Shown: positions 1-6,827, counted from the stretch's first letter. The stretch: 7,951 nt of DNA from an uncultured archaeon (GCA_964510585.1 CAZECW010000153.1:1-7951); one strand, 5' to 3'. Numbers and translations: made by a program. The notes: generated from the letters alone by a model not told the origin.

Positions 1-139
1 CAGCCCCCATGAGGGTGCCAACATAGACGCCGTTCCCTTTGAGGGAAGGGCGTGTTAACTGGGTGATGGCACACCCATTGCTTCGAAGGCGATGAGCCAG
101 AAGCAAGAATCTCCCGACTTTAGTCGCGGAGAGTGTCAA
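1..139 (+). mobile_element. Right end of an IS200/IS605-family element (IS608-like RE); element continues left of the window
   Basis: GAAT (107-110) sits at the foot of the imperfect hairpin CTCC-CGAC-TTTA-GTCG-c-GGAG (111-131), followed by AGTG and TCAA (136-139). This matches the IS608 right-end layout of guide GAAT, subterminal hairpin with TTTA loop, and cleavage site TCAA. GGT-like coding sequence on the minus strand stops at this boundary. No tnpA/tnpB is visible in the window. Confidence 0.88.
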
Positions 140-155
140 AAGGTTCTCCTCTCTC
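1..155 (+). ncRNA. Candidate TnpB omegaRNA (reRNA): 3' part of the scaffold plus a flank-derived guide of about 16 nt
   Basis: Dense GC-rich stems: ACGCC-g-TTCCCT-ttg-AGGGAA-g-GGCGT (27-53), GTGCCA/TGGCAC (15-20/67-72), CATTGCTT/AGGCGATG (76-94) and the RE hairpin (110-132). In IS200/IS605 elements the omegaRNA comes from the right end and the guide from the adjacent flank (here AAGGTTCTCCTCTCTC, 140-155). The 5' end and the presence of tnpB cannot be seen. Confidence 0.55.
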
Positions 156-1151
156 ATATTTTATGTTTTCTCTGAGCTGTGAAGCGTACTCTTTTGAAAG
201 TAGTTTATCTAATGGTATCTCTACAAATTCTGGGTCTGTCACATATTGATCTCTCACTTTGAAGGCACACTTTTTAGCCTCAACCATCAAGTGTATGGTT
301 TCAGGCTTCTGCCATCCATATTGGGATAGTTCGAAACCCTCGATTATGTTAAGTTCGATGAGTGTGGTAACTCCCTGTGAATTTGGGGGAAACGCATAAA
401 CCTCATAGCTTCTGTAGTGTGTTTTTATGGGTTCCACCCAGTTAGACTTGTGGTCCTTTAAATCCTTCTTGGTGATTAGACCACCATTTTCCTCCGAAAA
501 TTTAACTATGGATTCGGCCAATTCCCCTTTATAGAATTCATCTCTGCCTCCCTCAGCCAACTTTCTTAATGTCGCTGCTAATTCCTTCTGTACTAGAACT
601 TCACGCGGTTTAATTATACGTCCTCCTCTTATGTACATCTCTGCCAACTTCGGGCTGGAAGTCAAAACATCGATATTTGAATTTATAAACCAGTAAAATT
701 TATCTGTTATGGGAGCACCTCTCTCAGCATATTCTATAGCTGGCTGAATCAATTCACTCAGCGTTTTTGTCCCAAACCTCTCAACTGCCGTGCACCAGCC
801 ATCAACAACTCCCGGAACTGTCACAGGAAGCATACCTCTCACGGGGATCGATGAGAAGCCCATGGATCTGAAGAGATTTCTCTTGGCAGCGTAGGTAGCC
901 CTACCACTGGCATTAAGTCCAAAAACTCTATCTTCACCCGCATCATATATGAGAAGGAACGCGTCTCCCCCTAACCCACACATATGTGGATAGACTACCG
1001 CCAAGACCATGTTTGTTGCTATTGCTGCATCAACGGCATTACCTCCCCCCTTAAGCACTTTTAATCCTTCGATTGAGGCCAATCTATGGGGGGAAACAAC
1101 CAACCCATTACGAGCCCTAGTTAAAGGATATACGGAAGGCATTATAATCAT
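120..1151 (-). pseudogene. ggt: Gamma-glutamyltransferase (Ntn-hydrolase, YwrD/archaeal type), truncated by IS insertion; encodes essentially the large subunit only
   Basis: Motifs GGNAVDAAIA, HMCGLGGDAF, NASGRA, VTVPGVVDGW, PAIEYAERG and FPPNSQG are present. Native sequence ends at P337 (nt 141-143). FDTLRD and the TAA stop (120-122) are read from the antisense IS end. The catalytic Thr and small subunit (about 190 aa) are absent. The start may be the ATG at 1142, with GGATGAT upstream. Confidence 0.88.
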
Positions 1152-1458
1152 CCAAAGATTTACTTTTAGTATCAGAACTTATACAATTTCGCTTTTATAG
1201 ATAGGGGGAGGCTTCTTGTAGAAGAAGTGTGCAAAATAACCAGACCTCCAAATTATTAGGGGATGACTAACGGTTGACTGATTTTTCTGCTTCCAAATAT
1301 AAATGTGATTTTGATTAGTATTTTATAGGGCAAACAATTCTTGTCGACAATGATTTTAGACGATGGTCTTTAGAAAAGACATAAATTCCTTAAACTCTTA
1401 ACACTGATTGTAACAACCTGGGTCTACGTCAGCTAAATTTTTTGGAGGCGTTTATCTC

Positions 1459-2607
1459 TTGGCGGAATATCCAAAGCTCAAAGAAATCTACAACGAAATT
1501 ATACGCTGCTATCGCTGTGGACTTTGCAGGGTTTCTTGCCCCGTTTTCAAATATTCAGGAACGGAGTCATGGAATGCTAGGGGCCGACTAATTTTGCTCC
1601 GCGCCCTTACAGACAATAATGTAAATGTCTCGGACTCCCTTATTGAACGTATATATTCCTGTGCCCTGTGTAGGGAATGTGAAGTTTTTTGCCCGCCGGG
1701 TGTAAATGTGTCTGGCATAATAGAAGTAGCCAGGGAAGAGCTTGTAAAGAATGGTTTAGCTCCTCCCGAAGAGCAGAGAGAACTGCAGAAAAATATTCTC
1801 CAGGAGGGAAATATTCTAGGTAAAAGAACCCAACCCTTAAACACACTCCTAGGACCAATCATTGATAGCCTCCCCGACTCGTCACCCAATCTGGTGTATT
1901 CTGGTTGTGTCTTGTTATACTCCTACCCGCAAATTGCTCAGACTACGCTGGGAAATATTCAAAACGCCAAGTATGATTTCACCGTGATGAAAGAGGGGGA
2001 GAAGTGTTGTGGTGGATTTCTCAAAATGATAGGTTATAAGGAGGATTTCGACTCTTATAGCCAGAAACAATTGGAACTGCTAACCGAGAAGGAGATTGAC
2101 CAATTAATTACTATTTGTCCCATGTGCTACTCGACTTTCAAACATGACTATCCCCAAAAGTTAGAAGTTAAGCACACAGTCCTTCTTTACAATGAGTTGC
2201 TAGATGAGGGAAAAATAGTTTTTAACAGATCACTGGATGCTAAAGTTGCGTTTCACGACTCCTGTCACCTTGGCCGCTATTCGGGAATCTTCGAGCAGCC
2301 AAGAAAACTAATTGAAAATGTTCCTGGAATCAAATTAGTTGAACTATCTAAATCTAAAAAATCTTCAAACTGTTGTGGTGGAACAATAAGAGTTCCCTAC
2401 GCTCAGATTAGGAGCAAAATGTCTGAATGGATAATAGAAGACGCTTCACAAGCAGGGGCGGAATACTTGGTGACCGCTTGTCCCTCCTGTTTCCACAACT
2501 TATACTCTTCCTCCATCATGATGGATTGCAAAGTAAAAATCATTACCCTAGAAGAATTGGTGGGCTGTGCAACTGGACAACTGCCAAAAATACCCTTATA
2601 TAAATAA
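1459..2607 (+). CDS. (Fe-S)-binding oxidoreductase subunit, GlpC/HdrD-like (4Fe-4S dicluster plus two CCG domains), 382 aa
   Basis: CYRCGLCRVSCP and CALCRECEVFCP; CCG domain 1 has YSGC, EKCCGG and TICPMC; CCG domain 2 has FHDSCHLGR, NCCGG and TACPSC. TTG start with GGAGG at 1444-1448. Confidence 0.93.
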   Translation: MAEYPKLKEIYNEIIRCYRCGLCRVSCPVFKYSGTESWNARGRLILLRALTDNNVNVSDSLIERIYSCALCRECEVFCPPGVNVSGIIEVAREELVKNGLAPPEEQRELQKNILQEGNILGKRTQPLNTLLGPIIDSLPDSSPNLVYSGCVLLYSYPQIAQTTLGNIQNAKYDFTVMKEGEKCCGGFLKMIGYKEDFDSYSQKQLELLTEKEIDQLITICPMCYSTFKHDYPQKLEVKHTVLLYNELLDEGKIVFNRSLDAKVAFHDSCHLGRYSGIFEQPRKLIENVPGIKLVELSKSKKSSNCCGGTIRVPYAQIRSKMSEWIIEDASQAGAEYLVTACPSCFHNLYSSSIMMDCKVKIITLEELVGCATGQLPKIPLYK

Positions 2608-2749
2608 ACGGATACACTAAAGGATTTCTCCGGTGTAAGTAAGTTTTCTTAAAATTAGAAATTAATTAATTATGTGATAACTATTATTTCAGGGTAAAAC
2701 TTAATATGTCTCCTTGCGTTTCAAAAACATGCTTGTGGAGGACAATGTT

Positions 2750-3532
2750 ATGTCAGAAATTGAACCAAGGGTTATGCACAGTCAAGATATTAGAAAATTC
2801 AAAATTGGTAGAGGTTTTAGTCTTGGAGAAATAAGCGGCGCTGGACTGAGCGTGCACGAGGCTAAAAGACTCTCACTTAGAATAGATCGGCGAAGAAAAA
2901 CAACACATGAATTCAACATAGACGCTATCAAGACCTACATAAAAGAAAAGAAGAAAAAATTGGAAGAGAAAAAAGCAGAAGAGACAAAAAAGTTGTCCTT
3001 AGAAGAAGCCGAGAAACGGGCAATCTCCGAGTTAACGAAAATAGAAGGGCTAAACAAAAAGCTGGCTCAAAAACTCTTCCAGAACAAAATAGACTCACTA
3101 GAAGCCTTATCAAGTGCGAAGGCTAAAGACTTGGCCAAAAAAGTTGGAGTAAGTGAAACAAGAGCACAACTTTGGATTGAGGACGCCCAAGTGCTTACTG
3201 GAAAAATTAAACCCGAAAAGCCAGAGGAAGTAAAGGAGGAAGCCAAAGAAAAAGCTGTAGAAGAAATTCCAGAGATAGAATCCGTAGACCTCACAAAAAT
3301 TAAAGGCTTAACAAACCAGGAAGCCAAGAAACTAGCAGAGATAGGCATTCTCACACTGGAGGATCTAGCTTTAACTGAAGAGGAAGAAATAGAAGAAATA
3401 ACTAAAATAACTAAAATCCCCCAAGACACCATCAAGGACTGGATTAAGGAAGCAAAAGGGCTTATTGAAAAATCCAAGGAAACTGCCAAACCCAAAAAGA
3501 GAGCCAAGGCAAAAACAAAGAAGAAGACATAG
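2750..3532 (+). CDS. rpl13e: Ribosomal protein eL13 (L13e) N-terminal domain fused to two tandem helix-hairpin-helix (DUF4332/HHH_5-like) domains and a Lys-rich tail, 260 aa
   Basis: L13e signature GRGFSLGEI..AGLS..EAKRL.L.ID.RRKT.HEFNI (about 2750-2947). Repeats LTKIEGL...L...I.SLEAL...WIEDA (about 3026-3196) and LTKIKGL...L...I.TLEDL...WIKEA (about 3284-3463). The ATG at 2750 is preferred over the TTG at 2714 because GGAGG (2737-2741) lies 8 nt upstream. Confidence 0.88.
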   Translation: MSEIEPRVMHSQDIRKFKIGRGFSLGEISGAGLSVHEAKRLSLRIDRRRKTTHEFNIDAIKTYIKEKKKKLEEKKAEETKKLSLEEAEKRAISELTKIEGLNKKLAQKLFQNKIDSLEALSSAKAKDLAKKVGVSETRAQLWIEDAQVLTGKIKPEKPEEVKEEAKEKAVEEIPEIESVDLTKIKGLTNQEAKKLAEIGILTLEDLALTEEEEIEEITKITKIPQDTIKDWIKEAKGLIEKSKETAKPKKRAKAKTKKKT

Positions 3533-3575
3533 ATATTCATAACGGTCCACGTTTTACTTCAAATCCCACCCCCTT

Positions 3576-5996
3576 CTAAGTGAAAAATCTTTTCACTATT
3601 TTTCTCCTCAGGTGATATTCTAGCTGAGCAAAATTTGTGGCTTCACTTAGAGGCTCTACTCCCTCTAATTTAATTATTATTTTGTCCTGGGCGTCAATTT
3701 TTATTTCATTTTCCTTCCCGTGAATATAGTTGACAAGAAGTGTCTTGTTTTCTTCGTCCCAAGTTGAGGGGGCCGAGACACTTTTCGGTTTTTTTGGTAG
3801 TGTTAGGGAAATAAGTCCTGGGCTGTTCTTGTAGCCCCAACACTCTATTTCAATATAGGATTCGTTTTTCTTAAATTTGGAAATTTCTGAAGTGATATAG
3901 TTAATTTTTGAATCTCCTAACTTTAGTCCTAAAGTCCAGATTATGGCGCTTCTCCTTGGAACAAGGCAGTCCTTTACTAATACCTTTTGGTTCAAGTCTT
4001 GGGGTGAGCTGAAAGTTATGTCACACTTCTTGTCTCTCCACTCCAAATTACACACAAGCAGGTAACCCACATCACTTCCTGCTCTCTCGCATAGCAAAAC
4101 TTTGTCCGAAGAAAAACAGTGCCTTGTGGTTAAACCCACTTTTTCCAGTACAGAAGGTAAACTTTCAGCGCCCGGCAAAAACCCTAATTGTACCACCGAG
4201 CCTTTTCCATAATTAATTCTAAAACCACAAATTTTCCCATCAAAGAGGAATAAAGGTTCTACATTTTCGACATCAAAGGTTACAACAATTGGAGACTTGA
4301 ACTTTAATCCGCCGCAATTGACACACTTCTCCTTGTATATTTCTTGTTTTCTGACTCTGAGAAAGTCCTTCATTAGCTTTAAACTTTCAAAGTTCTCGTC
4401 TAGTTCTGGGACACACGGGAAGATGAGGAGAAATCCGCCCCTCCTTACATACTCTTCCAGCTTCTCAACTATGCTTCTCTCCATAAAGTTAAAGCTAAAA
4501 ACGAGGAGAACATGGTTCTGGACAAGTTTCTGAATAGGAAGTTGTCTGAGGTCTAGAAACTCAAAGTTAAATCCCGCCTCCAAAATTGCACCCATAAATT
4601 TATCCATTAATATGCTCAGCGTTCTGTATTCTAGGAAGGTGCCAGTTTTTGCGTTTACAAGTCTTGCATAGGTGTAGGGGTGGTAGTAACCTAAACTTAG
4701 CTCTGCCAGTTTACTAGTTGCTTTTTTAGAAGAATCTACGAAATCCACAAATCTTTTAACAACAGAATATTTACTGGTTTCCTCCCCTTTTTCGTCCAAA
4801 GGCGCGTCGTGGTAGTAGATTTTACTAGTAGTTCCATGATTCTGGGGGTTAATTCCTCCTGAAAACATGTAGAAGTTAAAGCCCTTTAACCCGTGAATAT
4901 AGGCTATGCGTTCCAAAAAGTGTACCATGTTGTCTGGGACCCTTGAAGCAAACCATCCCGCCTGCAATTCCAAGCTCAAAGGTGCACAGCCTACCTGTTC
5001 CGCCTTCAAGCGTTCAACGTTATTAACAATCTCGGTGAAGGACTCCAAATCTTGGATTAGCTGAGGATACAAATCAATAGTGTCATATACCACTTTACTC
5101 TTCTTGGATATGCTTGCGGGTGGAAGAATGGTGTAAGGCTCATTGGTATATAGAGGGACATTGACTCCTTTACTCCTCAGCACACCTGCAATTTCTCTGA
5201 GGAAAATAGCAACCATATCCTCCTTGAATTCCACCCAATCAAAAATCCAGGGTAAAGCATGCCTATCTTTAACCATTCTTCTTGGAGGTTCAACCACCCA
5301 AAAGGAATCAAAACTTGAGCGGTATCTCTTATTCAAATCTTTAATTGACTTGTACTTCTCCCTAAGCCACTTCTGATAAAGTCCTTCTCCATTTTCCCCA
5401 CCAATTACAATATTGTTGTAGTCCGTGTCAAAGGGCTGGAAATGGAAACCATAAGAAGCTTCATTATCAATCTGAACAAGAACCACGCTTCCGCCTGCAG
5501 TGTACTGGTGCCTTGCAATTATGGAACCCACATTTTCAATCCATTCTTTAGCTTGATTCAGGTAGATGGGGTGGAGATATGTTATTACCGGAGCCTTTTT
5601 AGAAAACCAGAAGGTAGGTTTTCCCCTAGAGTTACGCGCCAAAATTTCGGGAAACCTTCTAATCAACCAGTCTGGTATGCCTCCCCACCTCCATTCTGCG
5701 CAAATATAAGGTCCAGGCTTCGCCAACACTCCCAATTCTTCTTCACGAGCATATTCCAGAAATGTTTCAAGGTCACGCTCCTCAACTGTTTCGCCTTGAA
5801 AGTCGAATACGCCGGGGCGCACTTCATGCCAATTCCATGGAATGTAAGTGGACACCGCACCTAGGTGGGCTTTTTTCAACTTTGAAAGCCTTTTCCGCCA
5901 TTCCTTTTTAGCAACACGAAAATAGTGAATTTCTCCACTCAACAAGAATTTTCCTTCATTAAGGTCAAATATTTTAGATGGTGAAAATGTTTCCAT
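3576..5996 (-). CDS. Glycoside hydrolase family 35, GlmA-like architecture (beta-galactosidase / exo-beta-glucosaminidase related), 806 aa
   Basis: GH35 motifs SGEIHYFR, YIPWNWHE, KPGPYICAEW..GG.PDWL; acid/base QIDNE (E179, nt 5460-5462); nucleophile SLELQAGWF (E343, nt 4968-4970). Downstream GH42-like trimerisation segment LEEYVRRGGFLLI. PVITYLHP, FQPFDTDYN and FSGGINP recall Thermococcus GlmA. No signal peptide seen. Confidence 0.9.
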   Translation of the reverse strand: METFSPSKIFDLNEGKFLLSGEIHYFRVAKKEWRKRLSKLKKAHLGAVSTYIPWNWHEVRPGVFDFQGETVEERDLETFLEYAREEELGVLAKPGPYICAEWRWGGIPDWLIRRFPEILARNSRGKPTFWFSKKAPVITYLHPIYLNQAKEWIENVGSIIARHQYTAGGSVVLVQIDNEASYGFHFQPFDTDYNNIVIGGENGEGLYQKWLREKYKSIKDLNKRYRSSFDSFWVVEPPRRMVKDRHALPWIFDWVEFKEDMVAIFLREIAGVLRSKGVNVPLYTNEPYTILPPASISKKSKVVYDTIDLYPQLIQDLESFTEIVNNVERLKAEQVGCAPLSLELQAGWFASRVPDNMVHFLERIAYIHGLKGFNFYMFSGGINPQNHGTTSKIYYHDAPLDEKGEETSKYSVVKRFVDFVDSSKKATSKLAELSLGYYHPYTYARLVNAKTGTFLEYRTLSILMDKFMGAILEAGFNFEFLDLRQLPIQKLVQNHVLLVFSFNFMERSIVEKLEEYVRRGGFLLIFPCVPELDENFESLKLMKDFLRVRKQEIYKEKCVNCGGLKFKSPIVVTFDVENVEPLFLFDGKICGFRINYGKGSVVQLGFLPGAESLPSVLEKVGLTTRHCFSSDKVLLCERAGSDVGYLLVCNLEWRDKKCDITFSSPQDLNQKVLVKDCLVPRRSAIIWTLGLKLGDSKINYITSEISKFKKNESYIEIECWGYKNSPGLISLTLPKKPKSVSAPSTWDEENKTLLVNYIHGKENEIKIDAQDKIIIKLEGVEPLSEATNFAQLEYHLRRKIVKRFFT

Positions 5997-6034
5997 TAGG
6001 ATAACCCATAAATTGAAATTGTTGAATAAATCTA

Positions 6035-6042
6035 TTATATAA
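6035..6042. promoter_or_regulatory. Palindromic TATA box (TTATATAA) in the short divergent intergenic region
   Basis: Self-complementary TTATATAA between the GH35 start (5996) and the Lrp gene. Standard archaeal spacing gives start sites near 6065 (+) and 6012 (-). The purine-rich BRE-like segment is better on the + strand. Confidence 0.55.
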
Positions 6043-6072
6043 ACAATAATATGAATTATGGAGAAATGGGCA

Positions 6073-6300
6073 ATGGCAATTATCGCTTATATAATGTTGC
6101 TAACCGCGGTGGGCAAGGAGCACGAAGTAGCGGAAACCGTTTCCAAATACGATCATGTCACCGAGGCTAAAGTTGTTTATGGAAGCTGGGATGTGGTGGT
6201 TCGCGCCTCCCTAGACGACCTGGCACAGTTGGATGTTCTAGTAACAAAAATAAGGAAACTGGAGGGCGTTGAACAAACCTCAACACTGGTATCCTCCTAA
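6073..6300 (+). CDS. Stand-alone Lrp/AsnC ligand-binding (RAM) domain protein, about 75 aa
   Basis: AYIML.T.VGKEHEV...V......V.EAKVVYGSWDVVV......LAQLD..V.KIRKLEGVEQTSTLV is typical of archaeal demi-FFRP proteins; no HTH. The ATG at 6073 is preferred over 6058 because of GGAG at 6060-6063 and the TATA spacing. Confidence 0.9.
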   Translation: MAIIAYIMLLTAVGKEHEVAETVSKYDHVTEAKVVYGSWDVVVRASLDDLAQLDVLVTKIRKLEGVEQTSTLVSS

Positions 6301-6309
6301 ACCCCAACA

Positions 6310-6316
6310 TTTTTTT
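6310..6316 (+). terminator. Possible archaeal oligo(T) terminator
   Basis: T7 run about 10 nt after the Lrp stop codon; position only. Confidence 0.35.
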
Positions 6317-6569
6317 ATATCACACATATTCGAAGATCCACCCCTCTCCAAAATGTAACGCTAAAAAAGTCACACAGAAACAGTCAGATAGACACACCAC
6401 TCTGCCTTTCCCAGGCTAACAGGCTGCTTCTCATGGAACACTTCTAAATGAAATCCCAAAAAAACAAGCGTGCCTACAATTTTTTAATCAAGTGCCGAGA
6501 TTTAAAAAGATGGGCCACCACACTTTTACACTCAAAAATATAATATGCGTTTTAAACTAGTTTATGACC

Positions 6570-6582
6570 AAAAAAGCTATAT
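6570..6582 (+). promoter_or_regulatory. Possible BRE/TATA for the small membrane protein gene
   Basis: AAAAAAG-CTATAT about 30-45 nt upstream of the TTG at 6615; the TATA match is imperfect. Confidence 0.3.
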
Positions 6583-6614
6583 CCCCCAGTGCTTAATTTA
6601 GAGAAAAATAAAAA

Positions 6615-6827
6615 TTGGGTTCGATTCAAATGGGCTACTTACTCTTAGTATTCCTAATCATAGTTGCATTCGTCTTTTATGGATTGTACGTTGGAAAATT
6701 TGAACCTCAGAAACCAAAGATACTCCTTCCATTATTATTGGTAGCTCTAATTATCATAGTTGCAGCTATTTTAACACAAAGGCCTTGGTGGGCTGAATTT
6801 TTGCAGTATCTGAATACTCTTATATAA
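6615..6827 (+). CDS. Small hypothetical membrane protein with two predicted TM helices, 65-70 aa
   Basis: Two hydrophobic stretches (YLLLVFLIIVAFVFYGLYVG; ILLPLLLVALIIIVAAIL) are joined by the basic loop KFEPQKPK and followed by an amphipathic WWAEFLQYL tail. It occupies otherwise non-coding space. Start is TTG 6615 or ATG 6630. Confidence 0.7.
   Translation: MGSIQMGYLLLVFLIIVAFVFYGLYVGKFEPQKPKILLPLLLVALIIIVAAILTQRPWWAEFLQYLNTLI

Noticed and set aside
1-122. Frameshifted or read-through continuation of ggt on the minus strand
   Set aside because: All three minus frames were translated (SREILASG..., TKVGRFLL..., LKSGDSCFW...). None resembles the GGT small subunit (T...VVD..GN.VS).
1-139. tRNA, rRNA, group II intron end or IStron
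   Set aside because: No cloverleaf, rRNA signature or domain V motif. The IS end explains the structure, and the element is antisense to the host gene, unlike IStrons.
123-140. The 'DT' in GEPFDTLRD as the GGT autocleavage motif
   Set aside because: It is encoded by the reverse complement of the IS terminus (TTGACAC), is followed by a stop after three codons, and no small-subunit sequence follows. Coincidental.
1009-1200. 63-aa + strand ORF
   Set aside because: Antisense shadow of the conserved ggt 5' region; no recognisable features.
1509-1889. Minus-strand ORFs of 126 aa and 72 aa (1509-1889, 1640-1858)
   Set aside because: Antisense to the well-supported Fe-S gene.
2660-2671. AATTAATTAATT palindrome
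   Set aside because: Low-complexity AT sequence in a spacer; not informative.
2714-2749. Longer TTG start for rpl13e
   Set aside because: The GGAGG site lies inside this segment and fits the ATG at 2750; a TATA-like CTTAATAT (2700-2707) would place the TSS downstream of 2714.
2928-3540. Hydrophobic minus-strand ORFs (2928-3113, 3067-3540) that look like membrane proteins
   Set aside because: The F/L/S richness is the expected mirror of the A-rich Lys/Glu codons of rpl13e.
4297-5864. Short ORFs inside the GH35 gene (4297-4533, 5143-5376, 5442-5864, 5663-5860)
   Set aside because: Shadow or alternate frames with no motifs.
6384-6434. C/D box sRNA or SECIS-like element on the minus strand (ATGAGA...CTGA, 51 nt)
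   Set aside because: The box C match is poor (cannot form the U-U and G-C pairs of the K-turn), there are no convincing C'/D' boxes or terminal stem, and there is no selenoprotein ORF nearby.
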